Shown: positions 20,225-31,727, numbered from the stretch's first letter. The stretch: DNA of 64,000 bases from Nitrosopumilus sp. (GCA_963667665.2 OY763927.2:1410303-1474302), one strand, 5' to 3'. Made by a program: numbers and translations. Notes: generated by a model from the sequence alone, not told the origin.

Positions 20225-22956
20225 GAATCCCAAAAACCTCTTGTTACAACATATTGTCTTTCAGCTTCGTAGATTTGTTTGAATAGATATTCTTCATCCA
20301 CCATATTTCGCAATATTCTTGCTGCAGTATCTGCTCCTACACCATATCCAGATATTACAGTAATTGCAGTTTTACCAAAATTTTCTATTAAAGAAGAAAC
20401 TTTCCAGGCACGATCAAACTTGTGTTTTTCATCTGAAGAGAGTTTTTTTCCTGCATGTTTTTTTTGAATTATTTTTGGTAAATCATAATCAGAATAGTAA
20501 GTGGCAGTAATTTGTCTGGCTTTACAATATGGACATATCAAGATATTTTTAACTTCATTAGTTTCTACCACGCGTTCCCATTTTCCACATCTTGCACAAA
20601 TCAAACGATGTTTAGTCTTTGCAAGTCTTGCTTTGACAAGATCAATAATTCCTTTATCAAGATTTGCTGGTGCTGCATAGTATTTTGAGGTATGATCTAA
20701 AATTGGTTCTGCTAATTTTGAAAATTTGTCAACTTCTAACCATTTAATATGTATTTTATCTTCACGAATTTTTTTTAGAACTTTATCAGAATTTTTTAGA
20801 TCATATTTATCATGAAATAATTCACGTAGTGCTTCATGTACAAGTACAGTTTTAGAATATCGTTCATATAAAAATCTGGCAGATTTTCTTTCATATATTG
20901 CTCCACGACCAACTATTCCAAATTTTTTGGCAACACACCATGTTCTCCAATTAACATTATGAGTTCCAGCTAAAGATGCAGTAACAATAGAATATAGATT
21001 ATAATCATCTTTTATAACTTCAAGAAAAAGTTTTTCTGAAATTCGTGATCTAGAAGATAATACAATTCTATAACCATCTGAACGAGAATCTACAACAGAA
21101 CCCAGCATTGAAGACAACATTGAAGAAAGTAAGGTAGACAATGTAGAGTTAATTTTGGTGCCAAGACATGAATGAATTACAATTGAACCTTGGGATCTAC
21201 TTGATTCAATTACTATATTGTTTTCATCAGGAATTTCATTAAAAATTAATTTTTCAATAATTTTATTGGTTAATTCAAGTGAACCATTCTTAACTTTGCT
21301 ACGAAAATTTCCTACCTTTCTGGCAGTTTTGTAATCAATAGGAATACTTTCTCCTTCCCAGTATGGGACAGTAATTCCTCCTCCACGAAAGGGTTCAACA
21401 TTTACAGAAAATGATTTTTCATCAACATTTAGTATTCTCCATTGTAAGCCTTTTAGTACAAAGATATTTCCCGAATCTCCAAAATCACCTACAAATCTTT
21501 GATCTAATGATCCAATAATTTTTTTGCCTACACTATCAAATACTTTGAATTTTAGAATATCTGGAATTGTTGATAGATTCTCAAAATAGTACTTGAATGC
21601 ACGTCCTTTTTTCCAGAAAGTCATTTTTGTTCTATCAAAAAATATCAAATAGTTTGAATCAAGCAAGTCTAATACGCCTATTAGATCTTCTAGTTGTAAA
21701 TTTCTAAATGGATAAGCTTTTCTCACTATTTCAAAGGCTTGCTCAACTGAAATTTCTCCAAGCTGCATAGATAATCCAACTAAATGATGAGCTAAAACAT
21801 CAAGAGAACCAACATGAATTTTTTGTTCTTCAATGGAACCTTCTTGAATACGATCAAGTATAGCTAGTGCTTCAAATTCATCATCAGGGTTATTTGTTAT
21901 AATAAGTCCCTTGGCTGATGAATTTCGATTATGTCTGCTTCTTCCTATTCTTTGAATTAATTTGGATACTTGTCTAGGAGAACCATAATGAATTACTAAT
22001 TCAATTGAACCAATATCTAATCCTAATTCAAGTGAAGACGTACACACAACAATACCACGTTTTCCTTCTCGTAAAGTAAGCTCAGTTTCTTCTCTAACTA
22101 CTTTTGATAAAGAACCATGATGTAATTCAATTTCAATAGTAGATTTTTCTTTTAAAATTGAAGCTAAAAATTCTGCTTCACCCCTAGTATTAGTAAATAG
22201 CAGTATTGGGGAGTTCAAATCTAGTTCTAAGAAATATTCTATAATTTTTTCGGCAACATCAGAAATTGTTCCTTCAACATACTTTACTTCTACATCATAT
22301 TTTCTTACTGATTTATCTCTAATAATCTCACATTTTCTTTTTGTGCCCACAACAAATTTTCCTGCTTCTTCAAAATTTCCAACAGTAGCAGATAATCCTA
22401 CTTTAGTGAGAGGATATTTCGAGTTAATTTCTAATCTCTCAATACTTAAGGATAATTGAGAGCCTCTTTCACTAGCTAGTAATTCATGTACTTCATCAAT
22501 TACAATCCATTCTAAATCAGATAATGCATTTAGCACTTTGATTTGTGTTAAAAGAATTACAAGAGTTTCAGGTGTTGTAATTAAAATATCTGGAGGATTG
22601 TCTCTGATTTTTTTTCTATCTTTTTGAGAAGTATCTCCGTGCCTGATTTCAATAGATAACTCATTTTCATGGGCATATTTTGTAATTCTTCTAAACACAT
22701 CACGATTTAATGCACGAAGAGGAGTAATGTAAAGAGTTTTGATTTTTCCACTCTTCTTTGAATTTTTTAGTAATGAAAAAATTGGTATTACAGAACATTC
22801 AGTTTTTCCAGAACCTGTAGGAGCAATTACAAGACAATCTTTTTTTTGTAAAATTATTGGTGAGGCTTTTTTCTGAATTTCAGTAAGTTGAGAGAATCCA
22901 AATTTCTCAAATAAAGATTCAAGAATCTGATTCGTCTGTTGATTTTGATCTTTCAT
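20221..22956 (-). CDS. lhr: Lhr-family ATP-dependent DEAD/DEAH helicase
   Basis: APTGSGKTE, TPLRALNRD, RHGDT, DEVHEL, HHGSLS, SLELGLDIG, QRIGRS, C-terminal CxxC pairs. Confidence 0.9.
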   Translation of the reverse strand: MKDQNQQTNQILESLFEKFGFSQLTEIQKKASPIILQKKDCLVIAPTGSGKTECSVIPIFSLLKNSKKSGKIKTLYITPLRALNRDVFRRITKYAHENELSIEIRHGDTSQKDRKKIRDNPPDILITTPETLVILLTQIKVLNALSDLEWIVIDEVHELLASERGSQLSLSIERLEINSKYPLTKVGLSATVGNFEEAGKFVVGTKRKCEIIRDKSVRKYDVEVKYVEGTISDVAEKIIEYFLELDLNSPILLFTNTRGEAEFLASILKEKSTIEIELHHGSLSKVVREETELTLREGKRGIVVCTSSLELGLDIGSIELVIHYGSPRQVSKLIQRIGRSRHNRNSSAKGLIITNNPDDEFEALAILDRIQEGSIEEQKIHVGSLDVLAHHLVGLSMQLGEISVEQAFEIVRKAYPFRNLQLEDLIGVLDLLDSNYLIFFDRTKMTFWKKGRAFKYYFENLSTIPDILKFKVFDSVGKKIIGSLDQRFVGDFGDSGNIFVLKGLQWRILNVDEKSFSVNVEPFRGGGITVPYWEGESIPIDYKTARKVGNFRSKVKNGSLELTNKIIEKLIFNEIPDENNIVIESSRSQGSIVIHSCLGTKINSTLSTLLSSMLSSMLGSVVDSRSDGYRIVLSSRSRISEKLFLEVIKDDYNLYSIVTASLAGTHNVNWRTWCVAKKFGIVGRGAIYERKSARFLYERYSKTVLVHEALRELFHDKYDLKNSDKVLKKIREDKIHIKWLEVDKFSKLAEPILDHTSKYYAAPANLDKGIIDLVKARLAKTKHRLICARCGKWERVVETNEVKNILICPYCKARQITATYYSDYDLPKIIQKKHAGKKLSSDEKHKFDRAWKVSSLIENFGKTAITVISGYGVGADTAARILRNMVDEEYLFKQIYEAERQYVVTRGFWDS

Positions 22957-23054
22957 AAACCATTATACCTACTAGTCCTAATGCAAACAAAACTATAGTA
23001 ATAATTGGAATTGAATCAAAAATATCTGCCATTAGTAAACTTCAGGATTGACCG

Positions 23055-23714
23055 TTAAATATCTTCAGTATAATCTACTAATCCTGAAGTATGTATTTTG
23101 TAAGAAAAATATTCTTTGTTTAGTGCCCAGTAAATTTTTCCTTTAAATTTTGATTGATTTTTAGAAAGTTGAATTTTGATATGAGTGTAAAGATCAATAG
23201 CGCTTTTCATATTTTCTACATCTTTACCTTCAATATTTCTAATCATATTAGTAATAACAATAGGAATTTTTTTTGTAATTGCAAATTTTGATAATTCATG
23301 TATGTATTTCATGAATAATGAATTCTTTTCAAAAATAGATTCATCTTTTTTATATTCATAAGAAAACAAATCAGTTACATTATCAATTACAATTAAAGAA
23401 AAATCATTGTTTGTGAGATTTTTTATAGATTTTATTTGTTCTGAAGTATTAGTTATTCTAGATACTGTGATTTTTTCGAGAAAATTAAACTGTTTTTCAG
23501 ATAGCTTTTGAATTTCCAATATTCGTTCAGGTCTAAATCCACCTGTGGTATCTAAATATAGAACATTGCCACCATTTTTAATTGAATTTATTGATAGTTG
23601 TAGTAATAGCTGAGTTTTTCCTGTTCCATTTCCACCAAAAATATCAACAATCACACCATTAGGAATTCCTCCTGATAAGAATTCATCCAATTTTTGTAAT
23701 CCAGTAGAGATCAT
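23055..23714 (-). CDS. RadA paralog (RadB/RadC-like RecA-fold ATPase)
   Basis: ISTGLQKLDEFLSGGIP, GGNGTGKT, LYLDTTGGFRPER; lacks the RadA N-terminal HhH domain. Confidence 0.8.
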   Translation of the reverse strand: MISTGLQKLDEFLSGGIPNGVIVDIFGGNGTGKTQLLLQLSINSIKNGGNVLYLDTTGGFRPERILEIQKLSEKQFNFLEKITVSRITNTSEQIKSIKNLTNNDFSLIVIDNVTDLFSYEYKKDESIFEKNSLFMKYIHELSKFAITKKIPIVITNMIRNIEGKDVENMKSAIDLYTHIKIQLSKNQSKFKGKIYWALNKEYFSYKIHTSGLVDYTEDI

Positions 23715-23822
23715 TTGTATAATTATTAGAAAAAGGAGAAAAAATTTAAGGAATTTTAATTTATGTGAAGGAGGTAAAGCTTTTATTCAAGAGAACAAAG
23801 TTTCAAAATGAGTGAATAATTA

Positions 23823-24068
23823 GTGTCACAAACAACTAGTGCAAAAAGACCTTTAACAACTCTACAAAAAAGCACCAAGAAAAAAGTTACAGTAAGACTG
23901 AAAAATGAAGTAGAATACAAAGGAAAAATGGAGAATGTTGATTCATACATGAATTTGATTATGACTGATGCAGAAGAAGTACTTCATGGTAAAACAGTTG
24001 CAAATTATGGAAGAGTAATTGTAAGAGGCAATAATGTGTTATTCATCAAACTAGAAAACGAACTCTAA
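23823..24068 (+). CDS. Sm-like (LSm/SmAP) protein
   Basis: VTVRLKN...[14 protein letters not shown]...IVRGNNV Sm1/Sm2 motifs. Confidence 0.93.
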   Translation: MSQTTSAKRPLTTLQKSTKKKVTVRLKNEVEYKGKMENVDSYMNLIMTDAEEVLHGKTVANYGRVIVRGNNVLFIKLENEL

Positions 24069-24079
24069 TTAGTGATTCT

Positions 24080-25246
24080 ATGACCAATAATTTTCTATTT
24101 ACTTCAGAATCAGTAACAGAAGGACATCCAGATAAAATATGTGATAATATTTCTGATGCTTTCTTAGATGAATATCTAAGACAAGACCTAAACTCAAGAG
24201 TTGCAGTTGAAACAATGGTTACTACAGATTTTGTAGCAGTAGCTGGAGAGGTTACATCAAAAGCAGATTTTGATCAAAAGGCTCAGGAAGAATTAGTTAG
24301 AAAAACAATTAGAGAAATTGGATATGATAACAAAGACTTGATGTTTGATGCAGATACTTGTCATGTTGATTTAAGATTGCATTCACAAAGTCCGGATATT
24401 AGTCAAGGCATATCAGCTACTGAAGAAAAAGAGCAAGGTGCAGGGGATCAGGGATTGATGTTTGGGTATGCAACAAATGAAACTGAAGAATTAATGCCTA
24501 TGCCAATTTTATTAGCACACAAACTTATTCAAAAATTATCAGAAGTCAGAAGAAATAAGACTATATCGTGGGTTAGACCAGATGGTAAATCACAAGTATC
24601 TGTAAGATATGAAGATAACAAACCAACAAAGATTGAGACAGTAATAGTTTCAACACAACATGCACCAGATATTTCTCAAGAAGAAATTTCAAGAGAAATC
24701 ACGGATAAAGTAATCAAACCAGTTTTAGGAAATCTTTGGAATGATGAAATTAAAATTTACATTAATCCTACGGGAAAATTTGTAATTGGTGGTCCACATG
24801 GAGATGCAGGTTTAACAGGAAGAAAAATTATTGTTGATACTTATGGTGGGTTTGGAAGACATGGAGGAGGAGCTTTTTCAGGAAAAGATCCTTCCAAAGT
24901 AGATAGATCTGCATGTTACATGTCTAGATATATTGCAAAAAATCTTGTTGCAGCAGGACTAGCTGATAGATGTGAAGTACAACTTGCATATGCAATAGGA
25001 GTAGCTGAACCAGTATCACTTTATGTCAATACATTTGGAACAAATAAAATTCCAGAAAATCAGATTGAAGATCTGGTTAGAAAAAATTTTGATATGAAAC
25101 CATCAGGAATAATAGCACAACTAGATTTGAAGAGGCCCATTTACAAAAAAACTGCATCATATGGTCATTTTGGAAGAAATGAGCCTGAATTTACTTGGGA
25201 AAAAACAGACAAAGCTGAAACACTAAAGCAATCTGCCGGACTTTAA
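24080..25246 (+). CDS. metK: methionine adenosyltransferase, bacterial/eukaryotic type
   Basis: [49 protein letters not shown]. Confidence 0.97.
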   Translation: MTNNFLFTSESVTEGHPDKICDNISDAFLDEYLRQDLNSRVAVETMVTTDFVAVAGEVTSKADFDQKAQEELVRKTIREIGYDNKDLMFDADTCHVDLRLHSQSPDISQGISATEEKEQGAGDQGLMFGYATNETEELMPMPILLAHKLIQKLSEVRRNKTISWVRPDGKSQVSVRYEDNKPTKIETVIVSTQHAPDISQEEISREITDKVIKPVLGNLWNDEIKIYINPTGKFVIGGPHGDAGLTGRKIIVDTYGGFGRHGGGAFSGKDPSKVDRSACYMSRYIAKNLVAAGLADRCEVQLAYAIGVAEPVSLYVNTFGTNKIPENQIEDLVRKNFDMKPSGIIAQLDLKRPIYKKTASYGHFGRNEPEFTWEKTDKAETLKQSAGL

Positions 25247-26092
25247 TAATTCCACAACTGATTGAAATTTCATTTCAGTAATTTTTCTTAACCTGTTATG
25301 GTTTCCTTTAAAATTACCAATTAGAATATTGAGATCATCTACTCCAAAATCAGAATTTGAATTAGTGATTGCAGAATGATAAGCATCTTCTAGATTAATT
25401 TTTCTAATGATTGTTTGAGTTCCTTTAGAAAAAAGTTTAACATATTGCTCAAAAGTAATACAATCAGGACCAACAAGATCAATTATTTTATTTCTAAATT
25501 TTGTTTGAAGAGATGACTGAAGAATTATTTTCACGACATCATTTATGAAAATTGGCTGAATTGAATAGGTTCCAGATCCTGGAATTTCAATTTTTCCTTT
25601 TTTAATTTGTTTTTTTAAATATTTTGTAAACAGATCATCTTTTCCAACAATGTATGATGGTCTAAAAATTGTATAATTTAATCCAGAATTTATTATTAAT
25701 CTCTCTGCTTTATATTTTGAAATAAAATATCCTAATGAAGTGTTTGGTGAAACACCAAGACCGCTTGTATAAACAAATTTTTTAATTTTTGCTTTTTTAC
25801 ACAAATTTATAATATGTTTTGTAAATTCAACATTTATCATATCATAATCAGTTTTAATAGATTGTTTTCCAATCCCAACAAGATGAATTAATGCATCTGA
25901 ATTTTTAATTTTTGAAAGAAGGTTTTTTTCATCATAATTTTTTGAAATAACTTTATGTTCATTTTTAAATTGTTTAAAGTCATTTCGTGATATTGAAATT
26001 AATTTGATATTTTTTTCAGATAAATATTTTCTGAGATTTCTTGCAATAAATCCACTTGCTCCAGTAATAATTATTTGATTATCTTTAACCAT
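25223..26092 (-). CDS. NAD-dependent epimerase/dehydratase (extended SDR)
   Basis: [18 protein letters not shown] (YxxxK), RPSYIVG. Confidence 0.85.
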   Translation of the reverse strand: MVKDNQIIITGASGFIARNLRKYLSEKNIKLISISRNDFKQFKNEHKVISKNYDEKNLLSKIKNSDALIHLVGIGKQSIKTDYDMINVEFTKHIINLCKKAKIKKFVYTSGLGVSPNTSLGYFISKYKAERLIINSGLNYTIFRPSYIVGKDDLFTKYLKKQIKKGKIEIPGSGTYSIQPIFINDVVKIILQSSLQTKFRNKIIDLVGPDCITFEQYVKLFSKGTQTIIRKINLEDAYHSAITNSNSDFGVDDLNILIGNFKGNHNRLRKITEMKFQSVVELLKSGRLL

Positions 26093-26171
26093 ACAAATCT
26101 CAAGTTATTTTTAATTTTAAATCTATTTAGAAGATTTTACACATTAAGCAAACAAGAATTAATACAGTAAA

Positions 26172-27275
26172 ATGAATACAACAAGAGTGGAAGAAAAAAA
26201 GACAAAATTAAGAACAGGTTTCACTACTGGAAGCTCAGCAACTGCTGCGTCTAAATCTGCATTATTATCAATAATTAATCAGCAAAAAACTGAAAATGTG
26301 TCTATTAGATTACCTAAAGGAAGTTTTATCGATATTCCAATATATTCTTGTGAATTTGAATCCAATAAAGCAAAATGTTCTGTAATTAAAGATGGTGGAG
26401 ATGATCCGGATGTCACTCATGGTGCAGAAATTATAGTAGAACTATCACTTACAGAAAAAGTAAATGAAATTGATATTGATGGAGGAGAAGGAGTAGGAAT
26501 AGTTACTAAACCTGGTTTAGGTTTAGAAATTAACAAACCTGCAATAAATCCAGTTCCTAAAAAAATGATTATTGAGAATTTAAGAGAAGTTGGAGAGAAA
26601 GCTCTTGTAAAAAATGGAATCAGAGTTATAATTTCAGTTCCTAAAGGAAGAGAGTTAGGACCTAAAACAGATAATCCAAGATTAGGAATTAAGAATGGAA
26701 TTTCAATTTTAGGAACTAGTGGAATTGTTATTCCATTTTCTACAGCATCTTATGCTGCATCAATTAGACAGAATTTGGATGTAGCAATTGCAATGGGAAA
26801 TGATACAGTAGTACTAACTACAGGTGGAAGAAGTGAAGATTTTGTAAAAAAAATAGTTGATTTACCAGAACATTGTTTTGTTCAGATGGGTGATTTTTCA
26901 GGATATACAATTCAACAGTGTGGTAAAAAAAATATCAAAAAAGCATATGTTGTTGGTTTTATCGGAAAACTTGCAAAGATGGCAGCAGGAGTAAAACAAA
27001 CTCATGTTAAAGGTTCAAAAGTAGACATGAATTTTCTGGCAGAATTGGCAAGAAAATCAAATGCAACAGAATCAATAATTCAAAGTATTAGAAAAGCAAA
27101 TACAGCAAGACATGTTTCTGAAATAATTCAGGAAAATAATGTTGTAGGATTTTTTGAGTTAATTTGTAGTGAGACGTATAAACATATGAGAAAACATTCA
27201 GAGGAAAAAGTTCCAATTGATGTTATATTGTTTGATTTTGATGAAAAGATTCTGGCTAGAAAATCAGAAGAGTAA
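26172..27275 (+). CDS. cbiD: cobalt-precorrin-5B C1-methyltransferase
   Basis: LRTGFTTGSSA, KDGGDDPDVTHG, GISILGTSGIV. Confidence 0.95.
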   Translation: MNTTRVEEKKTKLRTGFTTGSSATAASKSALLSIINQQKTENVSIRLPKGSFIDIPIYSCEFESNKAKCSVIKDGGDDPDVTHGAEIIVELSLTEKVNEIDIDGGEGVGIVTKPGLGLEINKPAINPVPKKMIIENLREVGEKALVKNGIRVIISVPKGRELGPKTDNPRLGIKNGISILGTSGIVIPFSTASYAASIRQNLDVAIAMGNDTVVLTTGGRSEDFVKKIVDLPEHCFVQMGDFSGYTIQQCGKKNIKKAYVVGFIGKLAKMAAGVKQTHVKGSKVDMNFLAELARKSNATESIIQSIRKANTARHVSEIIQENNVVGFFELICSETYKHMRKHSEEKVPIDVILFDFDEKILARKSEE

Positions 27276-27300
27276 GGTATTTTATGAAATTTAGAAAGTT

Positions 27301-28359
27301 TTGAGTATGGAAAAAACTGCAGTTCTTGCAATTACCAAAAATGGAGTCAATATAGGACAAAATCTAAAAAAACTATTTCCGGACTGGAATATTTTTGCAC
27401 CTGATAAATTCTCAAATGACGGCAATGAAATAACATGGTATTCTGAACCTACATCAGAAAAAATTATTGAACTTTTTAAAAATAATAATGCACTAATATG
27501 CATATTTTCATTAGGTGCAGTAATTAGATTAATTGCACCACATTTGAAAGACAAAAAAACAGATCCAGCTGTAATTGTAATTGATGATAAAACAAATTTT
27601 GTAATTAGTGTATTATCTGGACATATTGGAGGAGCAAATGAGCTAACTCAAGAAATTGCAGAAAAAATAGGCGCTTTACCAGTAATAACTACTGCAGCTG
27701 ATGTTAACAAAACTATAGCAGTGGATATGGTAGGAAGAGAATTTAATTGGAAAATTGATGATGATTCTACTGTAACTAAAATTAGTGCGCATATGGTAAA
27801 TGAAGAACCTATTGGTGTTTTTCAAGAAGTAGGCAAAAAAAATTGGTATAGAAAATTGCCAAAAAATGTCTCAATTTATGATAGTTTAGAAGATTTGAAG
27901 AATTCAAATTCTAAAGCATATCTTATAATTTCTGATAAAATTATTGATAAGAATTTAGATAAAGAATCTGTAATATATCGTCCTCCAAGTTTAGTAATTG
28001 GTATTGGATTACACTGGGATACTTCAAAGGAAACAATTAGTGAGGGAATTAAACATTGTTTAGAAAAATTCAAACTTAGTTCAAAATCAATTGCAAAACT
28101 AGTATCAATAAAAAAACCACAAGATGTTCAAGGACTAATAGATATTGGAAAGGAAATGAACATTCCAGTAGAATATGTAAACAGAGAAGATTTATCAGAA
28201 ATTTCTGCACCAAATCCTTCAGAAACTGTAAAAGCGTTTGAAGGAACTGCAAGTGTATCTGAAGCTGCAGCAATCAAAGTTTCTGATGGAGAATTAATTG
28301 TAGAAAAACAGAAATTCCCACCAAATTTGACTATATCTATTGCGAGGATTATGAATTGA
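27301..28359 (+). CDS. cbiG: cobalt-precorrin-5A hydrolase (likely start ATG 27307)
   Basis: KTDPAVIVID, SVLSGHIGGAN, ITTAAD, GTASVSEAAA. Confidence 0.93.
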   Translation: MSMEKTAVLAITKNGVNIGQNLKKLFPDWNIFAPDKFSNDGNEITWYSEPTSEKIIELFKNNNALICIFSLGAVIRLIAPHLKDKKTDPAVIVIDDKTNFVISVLSGHIGGANELTQEIAEKIGALPVITTAADVNKTIAVDMVGREFNWKIDDDSTVTKISAHMVNEEPIGVFQEVGKKNWYRKLPKNVSIYDSLEDLKNSNSKAYLIISDKIIDKNLDKESVIYRPPSLVIGIGLHWDTSKETISEGIKHCLEKFKLSSKSIAKLVSIKKPQDVQGLIDIGKEMNIPVEYVNREDLSEISAPNPSETVKAFEGTASVSEAAAIKVSDGELIVEKQKFPPNLTISIARIMN

Positions 28360-29108
28360 AGCGTGGATTATTAATTATTGACAGAGGAAGTAGAGAAAAA
28401 GAGGCATCTGAAGAATTAGAGGCTATTTGTGAGAGAATTAAGGCAAAAAGTGATTATGTATTCACAGATTTTTGTTTTCTAGAGGTAATTCCCCCATATA
28501 TTGAGGCTGGAATTACTAAGTGTCTCAAAGAAGATATTGATTCGTTAACTATAGTTCCATACTTTTTGTACCCTGGTAAAAAAGTGAAAAATGCAGTTAC
28601 TGATGTAATGAAGTTTCAAAAAGACACCAAAGTGAAATTTGTTGTTACAAAGCAAATGAGTATGCACAAAACTTTGGTAGATGTAGTTGAAAATAGAATA
28701 TCTACAACACTTAAAGAAAATCAAGTCACTCTTCCAAAAAAAGATGTAGATGTAATGATTATTGGACATGGTAGTAAAGATCCTAATGCACAAATGTCAC
28801 TAAACTACATAGTAAATGAACTAAAAGATTCCTATAGAAATGTAAGTCGGTGTTGGTTAGAAATTGAACAACCAGATATTTTTGAAGGAGTAAAAAAATG
28901 TGAAAAAGATAATGCAGAAGTTCTAATAATTGTTTTTTATTTTCTCCATGAAGGAGCACATGTGAAAACGGATATCAATAATGATTTGACACCAGCCCTT
29001 GAAAATTCTAATCTGAAAAAAACATACATTACTAAACATTTAGGAGTAGATGAAAAAATGATAGATTTGATAATAGAGAGGGCAAAAGAGGTAGAAGATG
29101 CAAACTGA
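28356..29108 (+). CDS. cbiX: sirohydrochlorin cobaltochelatase, two-domain CbiX
   Basis: Two chelatase repeats; the C-terminal one has GHGS and FLHEGAHVKTDI; inside the cbi cluster. Confidence 0.85.
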   Translation: MKRGLLIIDRGSREKEASEELEAICERIKAKSDYVFTDFCFLEVIPPYIEAGITKCLKEDIDSLTIVPYFLYPGKKVKNAVTDVMKFQKDTKVKFVVTKQMSMHKTLVDVVENRISTTLKENQVTLPKKDVDVMIIGHGSKDPNAQMSLNYIVNELKDSYRNVSRCWLEIEQPDIFEGVKKCEKDNAEVLIIVFYFLHEGAHVKTDINNDLTPALENSNLKKTYITKHLGVDEKMIDLIIERAKEVEDAN

Positions 29109-29739
29109 AAAAGGTCAATCAATTGAAGATGCAAGTATGCAGATGATTGAAGATGAAATTGGCTCACATCACTATAATGAAAAAGAATGGCCAATTGTTA
29201 GAAGAGTTATTCATTCTACAGCAGATTTTGATTTTGCAGGAAAAAATAAAATAATTTTTCACAAAGATGCAATTGAGAGTGCCATGAACGCTTTGAGAAA
29301 TGGTTGTAGCATCATAGTTGATGTTAATGGAGTGATTGGAGGATTGAATAAGCAAAATCCAAAGGATTTTGGAAATAACATAGTTTGTAATATTTCAAAT
29401 CCAGAAATAATGGAATTGGCAAAAAAAGAAGGAAAAACACGCTCTCAAGTATGTATGAGGGCAGCCATATCTGATATTGATGGAGGAGTTGTAGCCATAG
29501 GAAATGCGCCTACTGCCCTAATGGAGATTATTCAGATGGTAAAAGAAGGCATAGTAAAGCCTGCATTGATTATTGGAACTCCAGTAGGATTCATCTGTGC
29601 TGCAGAATCAAAAGAGGAATTATCAAAATTAGAAGGAGCGCCATTTATCACCAATATTGGAAGAAAAGGAGGAAGTTCATCAGCATCTGCCATAATTAAT
29701 GCGATCTTCAAGTTAATTAGAGAAAAATCAGCTTCTTGA
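29098..29739 (+). CDS. cbiC: precorrin-8X methylmutase
   Basis: RRVIHSTADFD, AIGNAPTAL, PVGFICAAESK, GRKGGS. Confidence 0.95.
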   Translation: MQTEKGQSIEDASMQMIEDEIGSHHYNEKEWPIVRRVIHSTADFDFAGKNKIIFHKDAIESAMNALRNGCSIIVDVNGVIGGLNKQNPKDFGNNIVCNISNPEIMELAKKEGKTRSQVCMRAAISDIDGGVVAIGNAPTALMEIIQMVKEGIVKPALIIGTPVGFICAAESKEELSKLEGAPFITNIGRKGGSSSASAIINAIFKLIREKSAS

Positions 29740-31083
29740 ATACTTTAAACAATTTTTAACAAAAATTTGGGCATAGTTTGAGCTATCAAAATAGAGATGA
29801 CCGTATGAAGCAAGTGTATTGTGTTGCATCATTCCATCTTGATGTTTTTTGATTCCCTCACCAATTTCCAAGTCATACGCAAATTTAGAATCAGAAGAGA
29901 CTGAATCTAACTGTGAATAATGAAATTCATGACCTTGAAAATAATGTGGTTTTTCTGAGATGAGAGTTTTTGCAGTAATCTTACCTTTGGTATAATTGAG
30001 TCTCATTTTGTTTGTCATTTTTGTTTCAGCATCAAACAAACCAACCATTTTGTGTTTTTTGTTATGATAAACAATAGATTTTGTTAGATACATTAATCCA
30101 CCACATTCAGCATAAATCGGAAGGTTATCTTCAGATAATTTCTTTATAGTTTTTTTCATAGTTTGATTTTTTTCAAGTAAATTACCTAAAACTTCAGGAA
30201 AGCCACCACCAATGTAAAGTCCATCACATTTTGGAATTTTCTTATCTTTAACTGGACTAAAAAATTTTAGAACTGCTCCTTCCCTACGTAATGCTTCTAG
30301 ATTATCTTGGTAATAGAAATTAAATGAAATATCAAGGGCAACTGCAATTATAATTTTTGTTTTTTTATGAACAGGTTTTGATTTTTTTGGAAGCTCAATT
30401 GGATTTTTTAAAATTTTAATAATTTGAGAAATATCTAATGATTTTGAAATTATTTTTGATATTTTTTCAATTTGGTTTTTCATATTTTTGTTATCTAATG
30501 TTGAAATTAATCCAAGATGTCGTGATTCCATATTCAGAATCGGATTTTTTGGAATTACACCAATAATTGGAATTTTGGTTTTCTCCAGTGCACTTCTACA
30601 CAAAATTTCATGTTTTTTGCTACCAAGTTTGTTGAGAATGATTCCAGATATACGTGAATTTCTATGAAATTTTTGAAAACCTAGAGCAGTTGCAGCAATA
30701 GAACGAGCAGTTTTGCTTGCATCTAAAACTAAGAGTACAGGAGATTTTGTTATAGAGGCTACATGATGAGTGCTTGCATAATTAGAGTCTCCACCAAAGC
30801 CGTCATAGTATCCCATCACACCTTCAATAATAGATACATCATATTTTGAATTAGAAATAAAACTATTCAAAAGTTGATTCTTTCCCATCAACCAAACATC
30901 CAAGTTGTATGTTTCATGTTTTGAAATAGTAGATAGATATCTAGGATCGATATAATCAGGGCCTACCTTAAAAGGTTGAACTGAATAACCCTGTTTTTGT
31001 AAGGCATGAATAATAGCACATGTAATGAATGTTTTTCCAACTCCACTTGTAACACCTGATAATACAATTCTTGGAATTTTCAA
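29728..31083 (-). CDS. cbiA: cobyrinate a,c-diamide synthase
   Basis: SGVGKT, FKVGPDYIDP, EGVMGYYDG, AECGGLMYL, GHEFHYS. Confidence 0.95.
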   Translation of the reverse strand: MKIPRIVLSGVTSGVGKTFITCAIIHALQKQGYSVQPFKVGPDYIDPRYLSTISKHETYNLDVWLMGKNQLLNSFISNSKYDVSIIEGVMGYYDGFGGDSNYASTHHVASITKSPVLLVLDASKTARSIAATALGFQKFHRNSRISGIILNKLGSKKHEILCRSALEKTKIPIIGVIPKNPILNMESRHLGLISTLDNKNMKNQIEKISKIISKSLDISQIIKILKNPIELPKKSKPVHKKTKIIIAVALDISFNFYYQDNLEALRREGAVLKFFSPVKDKKIPKCDGLYIGGGFPEVLGNLLEKNQTMKKTIKKLSEDNLPIYAECGGLMYLTKSIVYHNKKHKMVGLFDAETKMTNKMRLNYTKGKITAKTLISEKPHYFQGHEFHYSQLDSVSSDSKFAYDLEIGEGIKKHQDGMMQHNTLASYGHLYFDSSNYAQIFVKNCLKYSRS

Positions 31084-31171
31084 TTTGCATGATTAGAATC
31101 ATTTTTTATTTAAATTGGTTTATTTTTGAGAAATACTCAATGTTTTTAGTGAGATTATTTGAATATAATCT

Positions 31172-31705
31172 ATGGAAACAGATGGTTTAGTCATTGTTTA
31201 TACAGGAAAGGGTAAAGGAAAGACAACAGCAGCACTAGGAATTGCATTACGAGCTACAGGTTATAAAAAGAAGATTTGTATGATTCAGTTCATCAAGGGT
31301 TCATGGCACTATGGTGAAATGGATTCATCTAAAAGACTTGAACCAGAATTTGAAATGATTGCCATAGGTAAAGGGTTTGTTGGAATTATAGATGATAAAA
31401 GTTCAAAAGAAGATCATAAAAAAATTGCCAAAGAGGCAATTAGGATTAGTAATGAAAAAATCCAATCAGGAAACTATGATATTGTTATTTTAGATGAGAT
31501 TAACTATGCAGTAAATCTTGAATTAATTACAGTTGATGATGTTCTAAATTTAATCAAATCAAAGCCACAAGGAGTTGATTTAGTATTAACAGGGAATTAT
31601 GCTAAAGATGAAGTTATTGAAGTAGCAGATTTAGTAACAGAGATGAGAGAGATAAAACATCCATTTCAGCGTGGTATTAAAGCTAAAAAGGGAATTGATT
31701 TCTGA
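31172..31705 (+). CDS. cobO: cob(I)yrinic acid a,c-diamide adenosyltransferase
   Basis: YTGKGKGKTTAALG, QFIKG, ILDEI, ADLVTEM..IKHPF. Confidence 0.95.
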   Translation: METDGLVIVYTGKGKGKTTAALGIALRATGYKKKICMIQFIKGSWHYGEMDSSKRLEPEFEMIAIGKGFVGIIDDKSSKEDHKKIAKEAIRISNEKIQSGNYDIVILDEINYAVNLELITVDDVLNLIKSKPQGVDLVLTGNYAKDEVIEVADLVTEMREIKHPFQRGIKAKKGIDF

Positions 31706-31727
31706 CCAGCAACATTAATTTACACAC

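Noticed and set aside
26093-26171. Cobalamin riboswitch upstream of cbiD (or of cbiT at 59740-59759)
   Set aside because: The gaps are short, AT-rich and lack B12-box or structured-RNA features.
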